Positions 1 to 10,647 of a stretch of 64,000 nt of DNA are shown piece after piece. Both the position numbers and the translations under genes were made by a program. The notes beneath the pieces were generated by a model. That model was given only the letters and a program-made list of their open reading frames with translations, was not told where the DNA came from and did not search any database. The stretch lies in assembly GCA_963720465.1 (NCBI GenBank), contig OY970393.1:1376001-1440000 (forward strand), read 5' to 3'. Position 1 is the first letter of the stretch; each line of letters starts with the position of its first letter. The stretch comes from Methanobacteriota archaeon (GTDB lineage: Archaea; Halobacteriota; Bog-38; Methanoflorentales; Methanoflorentaceae).

Positions 1-1
1 C

Positions 2-307
2 GCACGCGCGGGAGCAGAGCTTGGCGCCGACATGATCAAGACGAACTACACCGGCGACCCTGATTCGTTTGGACGCGTGATTGAGAGTTGTCCGGTACCG
101 GTCATCATCGCCGGAGGCCCCAAAGTTGAGACGGACACTGAGCTCCTTCAGATGATCTCAGATGCAGTCGCGACAGGCGCGCGAGGCGTGGCCATTGGGC
201 GCAACGTGTTCCAGCACGACAAGCCGACTCACATCGTTCGCGCGATAACGCGCATCGTGCACGAAAACGCTTCCGTCGAAGAGGCGCTGAAAGAAGTAGA
301 GCGTTAA
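2..307 (+). CDS. aroA': 2-amino-3,7-dideoxy-D-threo-hept-6-ulosonate synthase (class I aldolase family), 5'-truncated by the window edge
   Basis: [15 protein letters not shown] Schiff-base Lys motif and IAGGPK / [10 protein letters not shown]; lies directly upstream of DHQ synthase II. Confidence 0.85.
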   Translation, partial: ARAGAELGADMIKTNYTGDPDSFGRVIESCPVPVIIAGGPKVETDTELLQMISDAVATGARGVAIGRNVFQHDKPTHIVRAITRIVHENASVEEALKEVER

Positions 308-345
308 CGTTAAATGACTGAGGACGATGTGCATGGTGGGAAATT

Positions 346-1467
346 ATGAAGAGCGTGTGGATTAAGGCCGACGCGGGTCCGTGGGAGGAACGAAAGCCGA
401 TCATCACCTTCGCGCTCGAATCGGGAGCCGACTGCGTGTTGGTCAGCGAAACTGATGTGGATGCCGTGAAGCAACTCGGCGGGATAAAGGTGGCGGCCTT
501 TGACGAGGGGCGAGACGATCACGCTGACATTTGCGTCGTGGGAAAGGAGGGAGAAGGCGACGGAACGCTCCTTCTTCCAAGCACGACAACCGATGCGACC
601 GACTATAAGCGGTTAAGCTCGCTCACCGCTGAGACGGCGGCCTACGTCGTGATCTCAGATAAAGCCCACGAGCGGTTCGCACAAGAGATCGCAACCGCGT
701 CCGGCCACCTCATCGTCATCGGAACCGATTGGAAAGTCATCCCCCTAGAGAACCTCATCGCCGCGTTGCAGGGAACTGTTGATATCATCGCAGGCGTGAG
801 ATCGTTTGAAGAGGCAAAAACCGCGCTTGAGACCTTGGAACATGGCGCCGATGGCGTGCTCCTCGATACCGATGATCTGTCACAAATCGCAAAAACGATC
901 GAATTTGCACATAAATCGGAGCACGTCATCGAGCTTGTGCCCGCCACCATAACGACCGTGAAGCCCGTCGGCATGGGGGACCGCGTGTGCATCGACACGT
1001 GTTCACTCATGGTCAGCGGGGAGGGTATGCTTATCGGATCAGGCGCGAACGGCTTTTTCTTAGTCCACGCTGAGACCGAGGAGAGCCCTTACGTCGCTCC
1101 CAGGCCGTTTCGCGTAAACGCTGGGCCGGTACACGCATATATCTACGGAGAGGAAAAGACGCGCTACTTATCGGAGCTACAGGCAGGAGACGACGTGATG
1201 ATCGTGCGCAGTGACGGGGAGACGCGTCACGGCGTGATCGGCCGCGTAAAAATTGAGCGGCGCCCACTCATTCTGATTGAGGCTGAGGTAGACGGGACAA
1301 CGATCAAGACGCTGCTTCAAAACGCCGAGACCATCAAGCTGGTCGCGAAAGGGGGCATGCCCGTCGCCGTTACCGAATTGAAACCAGGAGATGTAGTCCT
1401 TACGCACTGCGAGCGAGCAGGACGGCATTTCGGCATAGGCGTCGAGGAGACGCTCATCGAGAGGTGA
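346..1467 (+). CDS. aroB': 3-dehydroquinate synthase II
   Basis: DWKVIPLENLIA, GDRVCIDTCS, PFRVNAGPVH and LQNAETIKLV motifs; operon context. Confidence 0.93.
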   Translation: MKSVWIKADAGPWEERKPIITFALESGADCVLVSETDVDAVKQLGGIKVAAFDEGRDDHADICVVGKEGEGDGTLLLPSTTTDATDYKRLSSLTAETAAYVVISDKAHERFAQEIATASGHLIVIGTDWKVIPLENLIAALQGTVDIIAGVRSFEEAKTALETLEHGADGVLLDTDDLSQIAKTIEFAHKSEHVIELVPATITTVKPVGMGDRVCIDTCSLMVSGEGMLIGSGANGFFLVHAETEESPYVAPRPFRVNAGPVHAYIYGEEKTRYLSELQAGDDVMIVRSDGETRHGVIGRVKIERRPLILIEAEVDGTTIKTLLQNAETIKLVAKGGMPVAVTELKPGDVVLTHCERAGRHFGIGVEETLIER

Positions 1468-1471
1468 TGAC

Positions 1472-2200
1472 GTGATTCAGCTAGGCGATGTGATTATTGG
1501 AGGAGACGAAGGACCAAAGATCGTCGGGGTCATATATGAGCCAGGCCAGGCGCGACAGGCCGTTGAAGAGGGAGCGGATATCATCGAGTTTCGCGTCGAT
1601 CTCGCTGATGACACGAACGGCGTGCTGCGCGATCTCGAAGAAGTCTCGCTGCCCGTCATTCTCACGAATCGTCGAGTCGAAGAGGGCGGTAACGCCGCGA
1701 TGAACCGACGCGAGCAGCTCAATCCCCTCATGTCGTACGCGTCGATCGTCGACATTGAGCTTATGGCGCCGGATAGGGACGACCTAATGGCTGAAGCAGC
1801 GACGCACGGGCGTCCGACGTTGATCTCGTATCACGACCTCGACGGAACGCCTGCTGAAGCGGCAATGCTTGAAGTCATGCGAACGGCAAATGGCTACGGC
1901 GACGTCGTCAAGCTGGCAGTCACCATTGAGCACCTGCGAGACGCGCCGAGGGTGCTCGACGTGAGCCTAGGCGCGCGAGAAGAGGGCTTCACTTTCTGCG
2001 TGGTGCCCTTGGGCGCCCTCGGATCGCATATCAGGCCACTTATGGGAATTTACGGTTCATCGCTGCTTTATGGGTACGTCGGGCAGCACATCTCCCCCAA
2101 GATGCGGCCGTACGGGTTCACCGGAAAGCGCGCGTCACCGGGAATGCTCAGCGTTTCACGGCTAAAGCGCGCAATTGAAGAGATCCGTACATGGCAGTAA
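1472..2200 (+). CDS. aroD: type I 3-dehydroquinate dehydratase
   Basis: GADIIEFRVD, TNRRVEEGG, ISYHD and VVKLA motifs; lies between aroB' and aroE. Confidence 0.88.
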   Translation: MIQLGDVIIGGDEGPKIVGVIYEPGQARQAVEEGADIIEFRVDLADDTNGVLRDLEEVSLPVILTNRRVEEGGNAAMNRREQLNPLMSYASIVDIELMAPDRDDLMAEAATHGRPTLISYHDLDGTPAEAAMLEVMRTANGYGDVVKLAVTIEHLRDAPRVLDVSLGAREEGFTFCVVPLGALGSHIRPLMGIYGSSLLYGYVGQHISPKMRPYGFTGKRASPGMLSVSRLKRAIEEIRTWQ

Positions 2201-3063
2201 CGACCGTTTATGGCGTGCTTGGCAGCCCGATAGCTCATTCGCTTTCGCCCGTGATGCATAACGCCGCGTTCGCCGCGATGGACCTCGATGCAGCGTACAT
2301 CGCCTTCAACGTGGATAAACAGCGCGCTGAAACGGCAATACGCGGGGCGCGGGCGCTTGGGTTTGGTGGACTCAACATCACCTTTCCCCTCAAAGAAGCC
2401 GCTTTGCGTTACTGCACGCCTGACGCATTGTCAAAACGAATCGGCGCGGTGAACACGGTCGACCGCACGGGAATAGGCTACAACACCGACGGCGTTGGAG
2501 CGGTCAGGGCGCTCGAGGAGGCCGGCGTTTCGGTCAAAGACGCGAGCATCCTGCTCCTGGGCGCAGGGGGCGCTGCAAAAGCAATCGCGGCACAACTGCT
2601 GCTCAACGGAGCACGCGTACTCGTTGCCAATCGGACGGCGAGCAGGTCGCTCATCTTAGCCCAACAAATGACCGCTGCGAACATAGACTGTGGCTGCGGC
2701 GCCATAGAGGCACACAGTCTAAATGAGGTCGATCTCCTGCTACGCGAAGCACGCGTGCTTATCAACGCCACCACTGTGGGAATGCGCGGCGTGCTCGAAG
2801 GACAGACGCTCGTGACCGCAGGCCAAATGCATCCAGGGCTCGTGGTCTTCGACCTCGTCTATCACCCTCTCGAGACCCCCTTGTTACGCGAGGCCCGCGC
2901 CGCAGGATTACAAACAATTGAGGGCGTGAAGATGTTGGTACATCAAGGGGCGGCCTCCTTCGCCCTGTGGACCACTTTAGACCCGCCTGTGCAGATTATG
3001 GAAGAGGCAGTGCGCGAAGCACTCCAAAGCGCGAACGAGACGGACGACGAGGGAAGGCAGTAA
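2191..3063 (+). CDS. aroE: shikimate dehydrogenase
   Basis: HSLSPVMHN, GAVNTV, NTDGVG, GAGGAAKA and DLVYHP motifs. Confidence 0.95.
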   Translation: MAVTTVYGVLGSPIAHSLSPVMHNAAFAAMDLDAAYIAFNVDKQRAETAIRGARALGFGGLNITFPLKEAALRYCTPDALSKRIGAVNTVDRTGIGYNTDGVGAVRALEEAGVSVKDASILLLGAGGAAKAIAAQLLLNGARVLVANRTASRSLILAQQMTAANIDCGCGAIEAHSLNEVDLLLREARVLINATTVGMRGVLEGQTLVTAGQMHPGLVVFDLVYHPLETPLLREARAAGLQTIEGVKMLVHQGAASFALWTTLDPPVQIMEEAVREALQSANETDDEGRQ

Positions 3064-4304
3064 TGTCACTCAAAGTGGCAATCGTGGGCGGCCACGGAGA
3101 GATGGGGCGCTGGTTCGAACGATTTTTTGCGCAACGGGGGATGGATGTCACGCTTGTTGGACGATCTTCGCGCGTCCGCTACGCGGACTGCGACGTGGTT
3201 ATGATCGCTGTGCCCATCGACGTGACCTGCAACGTGATTGCGCAAGTGGCACCCCACTTGAAACCAGACGCGGTACTCTTCGACATAACGTCCATCAAAA
3301 GAGACCCCATCAAACAGATGCTGGCCAGCGCCCCACACGGCGTCGAGCTCGTGAGCGTCCATCCCCTTTTTGGTCCCGGCATGCCCGACATGGAGGGGCA
3401 GACCGTCATTGTCACACCAGTGCGCGGAGAGCGCGGACGTCAGTTTCTCGTGGATCTCTTTGAGAGCGCGGGCGCTCGCGTCGAGGAGCTCTCAGCTGAC
3501 GAGCACGACCGCCTCATGTCGGTCGTTCAAGGACTCACCCACTTCAGCTACATCGCCACGGGCGCTACACTGGAAGCCCTGCGTTTTGATGTCAAACGCT
3601 CGCGCCGCTTCATGAGCCCCGTTTATGAGATTCTCATAGATTTCGTAGGACGAATCCTAGGGCAGAACCCCGCACTCTACGCCTCAATCCAGATGAGCGC
3701 CGATCGATCTGTCCACGAGGCTTTTCTCACGCAATGCGCGACGCTCGTTGACATTATCAACGCCAGAGATCGCGACGCATTCATCGCGATCATGAGGCGC
3801 GCGGCAAAACACTTCGGGGACGCCGAACCGGCCCTAAAACGCTCCAATAAGCTTATTATGGCCAACATCAAAGAGTTGGAAGAGTTTAAGCGGTCCATCG
3901 GAAGCACGCGCGGGCTCCGAAATGTCTACACCGGAGCCGTGCACGTCGGCATTATAAAAGGAGCTTCGTCGGACGAAATCGCAGTAGAAGAGGGATCTAA
4001 GGAGGTTATCTTAAAGACGGAAAACGTGCAACTGATGAAGGAGGAAGAACTCAAGCAGTACCGCCTGGCGCGCGGCCAGCGGTACCGAGATTTTTCCGCA
4101 GTATTTCCTGCCGGGGCGCAGCCCGATGTTGTGGCCCGCGTGCTTTCCACTGTCCGAGGGGTTACCGCGGTGAACGTCATCGACCACTACGCGCCGCGCG
4201 CAAGTTACACCTTCCGAGTCTCCACTTATAGAGACGGCGACGTCGGACAGCTGCACCGCGACGTGACGGAGTTGCTCATCGGAATTGGATGCAGACTCCG
4301 GTAA
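3063..4304 (+). CDS. tyrA: prephenate dehydrogenase with C-terminal extension
   Basis: Start reassigned to MSLKVAIVGGHGEMG, overlapping the aroE stop; DITSIK, HPLFGP and HDRLMSVVQGLTH motifs. Confidence 0.88.
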   Translation: MSLKVAIVGGHGEMGRWFERFFAQRGMDVTLVGRSSRVRYADCDVVMIAVPIDVTCNVIAQVAPHLKPDAVLFDITSIKRDPIKQMLASAPHGVELVSVHPLFGPGMPDMEGQTVIVTPVRGERGRQFLVDLFESAGARVEELSADEHDRLMSVVQGLTHFSYIATGATLEALRFDVKRSRRFMSPVYEILIDFVGRILGQNPALYASIQMSADRSVHEAFLTQCATLVDIINARDRDAFIAIMRRAAKHFGDAEPALKRSNKLIMANIKELEEFKRSIGSTRGLRNVYTGAVHVGIIKGASSDEIAVEEGSKEVILKTENVQLMKEEELKQYRLARGQRYRDFSAVFPAGAQPDVVARVLSTVRGVTAVNVIDHYAPRASYTFRVSTYRDGDVGQLHRDVTELLIGIGCRLR

Positions 4305-4368
4305 GGGGCCTGTCCACGAGTGACGCGGCTGCTCCTCGTCTATGCGATAGCGTCGAAGGAGAGATTAG

Positions 4369-5280
4369 ATGGGCAAACTGGATACGGTGTTTGTAACAGG
4401 CGCTACGGGCTTCCTCGGCTCGCACTTGGTCGAATGTCTAGGGCATCGCGGGGCCGCGATTAGCATTCTCACGCGGCGGCGGCCTGACCGGCTTGCTCAA
4501 GAAATCCCCCGCCTGAATGTCGTGCGTGGCGACCTCAGCCACGCATTCTCGATCGGCGACGCTTCAACCGTGTTTCACTTGGCTGCCCAACCCCACGTCG
4601 GGCACGCTCTCGATGATCCAGCCCAAACGTTCGAGACGAACACCGCTGGCACCATAACCGTTCTTGAAACCGTGCGACGCTCACCATCTGTCGAGAGCTT
4701 CGTATTCGTGAGCACTGCCCACGTGTATGGCACTCCCAGGTACGTTCCAATCGACGAAGAGCACCCCGTGCGCGCTCAAGAGCCCTATGCGGCAAGCAAG
4801 CTTGCTGCAGAGGCGTTCATATCTGCATACAGCACTGCATACGGCATACCGACAGTGATCGCGCGTCTGTTTAACACGTACGGCCCTCATCAACATCCTG
4901 ACTTTGTCGTACCATCGATTATCAGGCAGGCGCTTACCCACGACTCGCTGAGGCTGGGTAACCTAACGCCGACGCGGGACTTTACGTACGTAGATGATGT
5001 TGTCGAGGCTCTGCTGCGACTCGCTGAGGCTGGCGAAGGGATCTACAATGTCGCATCAGGCGTCGAGGTAAGCATTGAAGCACTGGTTACACACGTGGCG
5101 CAGATCCTTGACAAACCCATAACCGTAGCATCTCAGCGCGCACAGCGCCGATCAGCGGCTATCGAAATAGACAGGATGTGGGCAGATATCTCGCGCATCA
5201 AAGCGCTTGGATGGCAACCCCACGTTGGCCTGCGTGATGGGTTGACTAGAACGATAGAGTGGTGGCGCGACAGCCTTTAG
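4369..5280 (+). CDS. NAD-dependent nucleotide-sugar epimerase/dehydratase
   Basis: GATGFLG, YAASK, RLFNTYGP and TRDFTYVDD motifs. Confidence 0.9.
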   Translation: MGKLDTVFVTGATGFLGSHLVECLGHRGAAISILTRRRPDRLAQEIPRLNVVRGDLSHAFSIGDASTVFHLAAQPHVGHALDDPAQTFETNTAGTITVLETVRRSPSVESFVFVSTAHVYGTPRYVPIDEEHPVRAQEPYAASKLAAEAFISAYSTAYGIPTVIARLFNTYGPHQHPDFVVPSIIRQALTHDSLRLGNLTPTRDFTYVDDVVEALLRLAEAGEGIYNVASGVEVSIEALVTHVAQILDKPITVASQRAQRRSAAIEIDRMWADISRIKALGWQPHVGLRDGLTRTIEWWRDSL

Positions 5281-5380
5281 TCCGGGGTCAACTATGACAT
5301 TTCGCACTAGCGTGCTTTGTGGGGCCAAGAAGGGGGGCGCTTTTAGCACACACTTTTGATTGTTTCAGTTGTTTAGCGTC

Positions 5381-6082
5381 CTACGCGTGCGTTATGCACG
5401 CTCCGTCAATAGACCCGTGGACGAGCGTGGGCAACGTACCCCAAGTAGCGAGTGTGTCTTGCACGATTAACAGGGCGCCAAGAATTCCGTTAATACCCTT
5501 TATCGCGCCAAATGCCGCTTTGGGATCAGCGCTCAAATTGCCGAGCGCCGATGCAGCAGCGTCTGCTAAACAGGCCTTTTCGGCAACGACGCACGCGACA
5601 TCTGCCGTGCCGAAGCTTATGGACGGACCGACCGTCGCCGAGGACGTGCAAACGCCGAGGAATGGTGTGGGCCTAATCCTGAACGCAACGTCTTTGAAGG
5701 CCGACTCGCCCGCATATATCCCAACGGTCACCTCGCGGTCAGTTGAGAGCGCGATGTCACCCCCATTGTCGACAATGGCATAAGATGCGCCCCCGGCAAC
5801 CATTGCCTCAACCGCGAGATCCGCGATAACGCCCGCAACAGCAGCCATCGGACCTACATTCGCCGCATAAGAGGCCTCCAACATTCGGCGCACGATCTCC
5901 GGAGGGGCTCCGACATACTCATCGAGAGGTTCAAGCGCGAACCGGAAAAAAGGATTGAGCGCGATGAAACGCTCAAGTTCGCGTCGGTGGGTGCGTATCG
6001 CCTCTTTTGCGTTTTCGATGTATAAACGTGCGTCCGCGACGATTGTGACGACCGTTTGCTTGAGCTGGAACTTCTCCTTCAT
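5381..6082 (-). CDS. UPF0280 (ApbE-like) family protein
   Basis: VGPMAAVAG, DNGGDIA, CTSSATVGPSISFG and LADAAAS motifs; start MKEKFQ overlaps the upstream stop. Confidence 0.88.
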   Translation of the reverse strand: MKEKFQLKQTVVTIVADARLYIENAKEAIRTHRRELERFIALNPFFRFALEPLDEYVGAPPEIVRRMLEASYAANVGPMAAVAGVIADLAVEAMVAGGASYAIVDNGGDIALSTDREVTVGIYAGESAFKDVAFRIRPTPFLGVCTSSATVGPSISFGTADVACVVAEKACLADAAASALGNLSADPKAAFGAIKGINGILGALLIVQDTLATWGTLPTLVHGSIDGACITHA

Positions 6083-6468
6083 TCCTCGGCAGTTTTGAGA
6101 GCGCCGTGCGGACACATCGTGATACAGGTCTTGCAGAGCACGCAGCGCTTGAGATTGATCGAAATCGTCCTGTCATTCTTGTATTCAAATACCTCAACAG
6201 GACAGACTGATACGCACGCGCCACACTGCACGCACTCCGCTTCATCGAATATGATTGGCGTGTCCATTTCGCGCACCTCAGTCCCGCGTCGCCGGAAGGC
6301 TGCGGCAACCTCTTCGACGCCTTCGTCGGGCACGTCGATCACGATTTCCCCGCTATAAGCGTCAACAAATGCCCGATCGATGTTGATGCGGACACCCGTT
6401 TCGAGCACCACGTCTGCGAGCAGTGGATCCTGCATAATCTTTTGTGAAAACTTCAACACGATCTTCAC
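6079..6468 (-). CDS. NIL domain plus 2x[4Fe-4S] ferredoxin (MA1822-like)
   Basis: Two CxxCxxCxxxCP motifs after an N-terminal NIL-like segment; lies downstream of the MA1821 homolog. Confidence 0.88.
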   Translation of the reverse strand: MKIVLKFSQKIMQDPLLADVVLETGVRINIDRAFVDAYSGEIVIDVPDEGVEEVAAAFRRRGTEVREMDTPIIFDEAECVQCGACVSVCPVEVFEYKNDRTISINLKRCVLCKTCITMCPHGALKTAEE

Positions 6469-6489
6469 GGATGCCTCCCTGTCCTCCGC

Positions 6490-7983
6490 TTACCTACACG
6501 CGAGGAGCTTGCTCAGATCCTCACTGGTGATGATGCCGATGACGGTATTCGTCTGATCGATAACAGGAAGTGCCGAGATGTTGTGCCGCTCGAGACGCCG
6601 TGCGGCGAGGTCGATCGGCTCATCAGGCGTCGCCGTCACGACGCGCCTCGTCATTATACCTTTCAGGCTATCCCCTTTGTTTAGCGCAACCGCTTTAGAA
6701 ATATCGTACGCCGTGACTATGCCGATGAGCTTGTTGCTGGCTGAGATAACCGGCAAGTGATTGACCTGCTTTCCGATAATGATCTTGGCAGCCTCTTGTA
6801 CGCTGATCGCTTCACGCACGGTGATGCTTGGCAGCATGACTTCACGCACGAGTGGCACCGCAGAAAGTTGCTTCATGGGCTTCTGTGTGGCCTGCTGCGG
6901 GAGCCGCGCTGTCGGCAGGGCGAGCTCAAACGCCCCTTTTTGTATACGCGCCGCGAGTTCGGTGGCGATTTCTTTTGCTTTGAAGAAGCTCGACATGGAT
7001 GATGTGCGCACTTCCTTGCCATTGAGATCGATCATCCCGGATTTTAGCTCCTCATAGTTGATCGTCCTTAGTTGTGGTCGCGACCGACGACCGACGCCGT
7101 AGTCGAGGACCGTCGTCTTGATGTCGGCATCACTGATGGCAGTTTTTCGCGCAATCCCCTCGTTCAGGACGGGAATAGGGACGCCGATGCCTACGTACAG
7201 CGACGTGCCGTACTTGTGGAGAATTGCCGCCCTTAGGTAATCGGTGCTCATAGCCTTGAGGTCACCGCACACCATAAGCGTGCCAAAGCTGTTCGCCGGG
7301 TCGTGCTGCGTCCCGTTGCCGACGACGTACCCCTGTGCACCACACAGAAAGATCCTCGTCCCGACGCCGATGGTTTCATAGTCCGGATCGTTATAGATGG
7401 GCGAGAGCGTGCCCGAACCAGAGTAAGTCGCGTTCCCGAACCGGGGAAGCAGCGTCCCCATATACGTGTAAAGCACTCTGTCAGTCGAGTTGGTCGCCAC
7501 ATTGTACCGCTGGTAAGCGTTACGCGGATTTAACATGGTGGCTTCGTTAAGGTCCGCGACGGAAATAGACGCTTCTACGCTGCGGCGCGGATAGCAGTCG
7601 GTAGCATAGCCAACGGCCTTCAAATAGACTTCTTTTTGGGCCACAAGATCTTCGATGACGTGCGCTCCGCCGTACTCGAGGCCGCGCGTCTCCGAAAGCT
7701 GGGTCGCACCAATGAACGCATCCACCGCGGCGACGCCGGTGTACGCCTCGACATCGTTGAGCCACACTTGACTCATCTTGATAGGCGGATCTGAGTGACC
7801 GAAATTCATCCATGCGCCGGACGAGCACATCGCGCCAAACGTTCCCGTGGTCACGACGTCGACCTCTCTTGCCGCGTTCTCGGGCCCCAGCTCGCCCACG
7901 AGCGCAGTCATTTCGTCAGCTGTCACGACGTGAACGCTTCCATCACGTATGCGCTCGTTGATCTCCTCTAAGCTTTTTGGCAC
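6490..7983 (-). CDS. L-aspartate semialdehyde sulfurtransferase / homocysteine biosynthesis protein (DUF39 plus CBS pair, MA1821-like)
   Basis: VDVVTTGTFGAMCSSG, PRNAYQRY and VGIGVPIP motifs; C-terminal CBS pair. Confidence 0.92.
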   Translation of the reverse strand: MPKSLEEINERIRDGSVHVVTADEMTALVGELGPENAAREVDVVTTGTFGAMCSSGAWMNFGHSDPPIKMSQVWLNDVEAYTGVAAVDAFIGATQLSETRGLEYGGAHVIEDLVAQKEVYLKAVGYATDCYPRRSVEASISVADLNEATMLNPRNAYQRYNVATNSTDRVLYTYMGTLLPRFGNATYSGSGTLSPIYNDPDYETIGVGTRIFLCGAQGYVVGNGTQHDPANSFGTLMVCGDLKAMSTDYLRAAILHKYGTSLYVGIGVPIPVLNEGIARKTAISDADIKTTVLDYGVGRRSRPQLRTINYEELKSGMIDLNGKEVRTSSMSSFFKAKEIATELAARIQKGAFELALPTARLPQQATQKPMKQLSAVPLVREVMLPSITVREAISVQEAAKIIIGKQVNHLPVISASNKLIGIVTAYDISKAVALNKGDSLKGIMTRRVVTATPDEPIDLAARRLERHNISALPVIDQTNTVIGIITSEDLSKLLACR

Positions 7984-8022
7984 CGCTCCTCCAAAATAGT
8001 CACTCCGAATGAACAGTGATCG

Positions 8023-8038
8023 TATAGCGATAGCTATT
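8023..8038. promoter_or_regulatory. candidate operator ATAGC-gata-GCTAT upstream of the MA1821-like operon
   Basis: TATAGCGATAGCTATT matches the metY palindrome at 11/16 positions, with symmetric substitutions; 40-55 bp upstream of the start, beside an AT-rich TATA-like tract. Confidence 0.4.
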
Positions 8039-8180
8039 ATTTATTCTTGTTGCACTCTGAAATACGGCTTTTTTCGGTGCGCTGTTGCTGATTGAGACTC
8101 GGCGAGCGATTAGATCTATGCGCGTTCACGCTTTGGAATAGAACAATCTTTATGCCCCTGGCGCGGTGTAGGAAAAGAGA

Positions 8181-8864
8181 ATGATTTCTGTCGTGATTCT
8201 AGCGCATAATGAGGCCGACGAGATAGGGGGATTGCTCGACGAGTTCAGTGCCTTTGAAGGCCTTGAGCTCATCATTGCCGAAGACGCGTCCACCGACCAC
8301 ACACCCGACATCGTACAAGAATTCGCGACTGACAACAGCAACGTGATACTCTCAAGCAGCCCGGTCTTGGCCGGTAAGGGTGCAGCGCTGCGACGCGGGC
8401 TTGCTTTGGCAACGGGAGACGTGCTCGGGTTCCTCGACGGCGACGCATCGATTCATCCTAATGACTTCATGCGCGTCGCAGCAACGATCGACCAGGGGGC
8501 CGATCTCGCTGTCGGGTCGCGAAAGCTGCGCGGGTCGGTCATTGCCATCCCGCAACCTCTCTCGAGACGGCTCTCAGGAGCCATGTACCGGACGCTCGTC
8601 CGCCTACTGCTCGACACAGCCATACGCGATTTTCAGTGCGGCTGCAAAGCGTTTCGGCGCGAGGTGTGGGACGCCATCACTATCACCTGCGATGGATTTG
8701 CGTTTGACGCGGAGTTAATCGCAAAAGCGCACCGAGAGGGGTTCAACATCGTCGAAGTGCCCATTACGTGGAGCAATAAGGCGAGCAGCAAGGTCAGCCT
8801 TACGCGCGATACACTGGCGATGTTGAGGTGTCTGCTGAAAACGCGCGCCGAGGTACGGGGGTGA
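8181..8864 (+). CDS. GT2 glycosyltransferase (dolichyl-phosphate glycosyltransferase-like)
   Basis: AHNEA, EDASTD, GKGAA, FLDGD, DFQCGCKAF and FAFDAE motifs. Confidence 0.88.
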   Translation: MISVVILAHNEADEIGGLLDEFSAFEGLELIIAEDASTDHTPDIVQEFATDNSNVILSSSPVLAGKGAALRRGLALATGDVLGFLDGDASIHPNDFMRVAATIDQGADLAVGSRKLRGSVIAIPQPLSRRLSGAMYRTLVRLLLDTAIRDFQCGCKAFRREVWDAITITCDGFAFDAELIAKAHREGFNIVEVPITWSNKASSKVSLTRDTLAMLRCLLKTRAEVRG

Positions 8865-8868
8865 GCGC

Positions 8869-10647
8869 TTGAACAAGAAGTACCTCGCTGCGCTGGTCGC
8901 AATCACTATTGTGCTGGTCGTTTTCAGGGTCGGATACTCGCTGTCCGTGTGGGGCGGTTCGGTCGACCCTGATCCGTGGAGGCTCATCGGCGATACCAAC
9001 AAGTACGTGGTAACCGGGCATTATGCCCCGTCTGCGACGCAATCGATGTACTACGGTGCCTATTCAATCGGCCTCGAAGCGCTGCTTGCGTCGCTCACCG
9101 TTTTTACCGGCATTAATCTCATCGTGCTCGCGCAGTACTTCTTGCAAATAGCGACGCCTATCGTCATGGTTGTTGTTGCTTACCTAATAACGTCGCGTTC
9201 AGGCCGATGCACGAGCTGGGCGATCCCAGTGATGATTCTTCTCATCGGCGTGTTCGAGGGCCTCACGCACCAACAGTCGCGCATGATCGAAGAAAATATC
9301 GGCTTCATCCTCTTTTGCGGCGCGCTGCTGTTCCTCTACCTGTACTACGTCGGACGAACCTCGCGCGCGTATACGTTTTCGATGCTCACAGTGATACTGC
9401 TCGCGACCATCTTCACCCACCACCTGAGCTTTTTAGTCATCGCGATACTCACGATGCCGTTCCTCGTATCCTCGCTGAAGTACGCGGCTCCCGTCTACAT
9501 CGCCGCTCTATTTGTGCCCTGGTGGAGCTATTACTACGTGCTTAACGGCTACAACGGCGTATATGTCGGTATCTTTTTTTACACGGCGGTAGGTCTTGCA
9601 GCGCTGTATGCAGTCTCTGTGCTGTGCTACGCTGTTTTTTGGCGTACGAAAGCGTCGCGTGCAGCCACCGCGCAATCACTAGCGCGCCTGCAGAACAGGC
9701 TCGTGGGACTTAATAATTACCGACAATCTGCCGCGGCGTTGACGATTGTGCTTGGAGCTGGAGCAGTCGTGTACGCCCTCGCAACGCGATTACAGTCAGG
9801 TTACCTACCTTTCTTTCTGCCTCTAGCTCCCCTCGTTGTTTATGCCGGTGCGCATTCAGTGTCTCCCCACAGCCACGAAGCCGATCAGGTGGATGTTGCC
9901 TATATACGGTACCTCTTTTTAAGTCTTATCTTGCTCGCGGCTGTGACAGCGCTCGCATTTTTTTTGCAGTTCTACGTGGGCACAACAAGCACGCTTCCTG
10001 CTTACCTCAGCTCAATCGAAGCGCTCGAGTCTCTAGATCTTGGCAGCCGTCTTCTCATTTGGGTTGCTTTTATCTATGGCATCACGGCCACCGTAGGCTT
10101 GATATTGGTATCACACGGGGTGCGGGTCAACAAAAGGTGGCTGGCTCCTTCCGTAGCTGCGATGCTCCTGATATTAGCGGCGGTGAACGTGACCGTTCTT
10201 GCGGTGAACTACGACACAACCTTCAACGTAACTGCGCCGCCCGACTCCCGGGTCACCGCCGCCGCTCTCTGGACCGTTGGAAAAGACCCTGACAACGCCA
10301 CGATGACCGACTATAGAGACGAGATGATTTACTGGTACTATACCGGCGCCTTGGTGATGCACACTCCGTACATTGAGCTGGAGAACTACACCGTGCTCAA
10401 CTTCGTCTATCCCGGATACCTGCAACAATGGAACGGCGCAGGTCACACTGGAATCAACTACCTGTTCCTCACAGCGACGCCGCCAAAGTACTACTTCGAG
10501 CACCTTGTGAACGGACAATGGAAGCTCAGCCCCCAAAACGCCACGCAATGGAGCGGGGGCATCGCAAAGATTGACAACCACGCCACAGAAGTTGACAAGA
10601 TCTACACTAATGGATATATATACTACTACAAGGTGGTCGGGGCGTGA
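8869..10647 (+). CDS. polytopic membrane protein, possible GT-C fold glycosyltransferase
   Basis: About 12 hydrophobic segments, a DPDPW acidic loop after TM1, a THH motif and a soluble C-terminal domain; coupled to a Dol-P GT2 gene. Confidence 0.55.
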   Translation: MNKKYLAALVAITIVLVVFRVGYSLSVWGGSVDPDPWRLIGDTNKYVVTGHYAPSATQSMYYGAYSIGLEALLASLTVFTGINLIVLAQYFLQIATPIVMVVVAYLITSRSGRCTSWAIPVMILLIGVFEGLTHQQSRMIEENIGFILFCGALLFLYLYYVGRTSRAYTFSMLTVILLATIFTHHLSFLVIAILTMPFLVSSLKYAAPVYIAALFVPWWSYYYVLNGYNGVYVGIFFYTAVGLAALYAVSVLCYAVFWRTKASRAATAQSLARLQNRLVGLNNYRQSAAALTIVLGAGAVVYALATRLQSGYLPFFLPLAPLVVYAGAHSVSPHSHEADQVDVAYIRYLFLSLILLAAVTALAFFLQFYVGTTSTLPAYLSSIEALESLDLGSRLLIWVAFIYGITATVGLILVSHGVRVNKRWLAPSVAAMLLILAAVNVTVLAVNYDTTFNVTAPPDSRVTAAALWTVGKDPDNATMTDYRDEMIYWYYTGALVMHTPYIELENYTVLNFVYPGYLQQWNGAGHTGINYLFLTATPPKYYFEHLVNGQWKLSPQNATQWSGGIAKIDNHATEVDKIYTNGYIYYYKVVGA

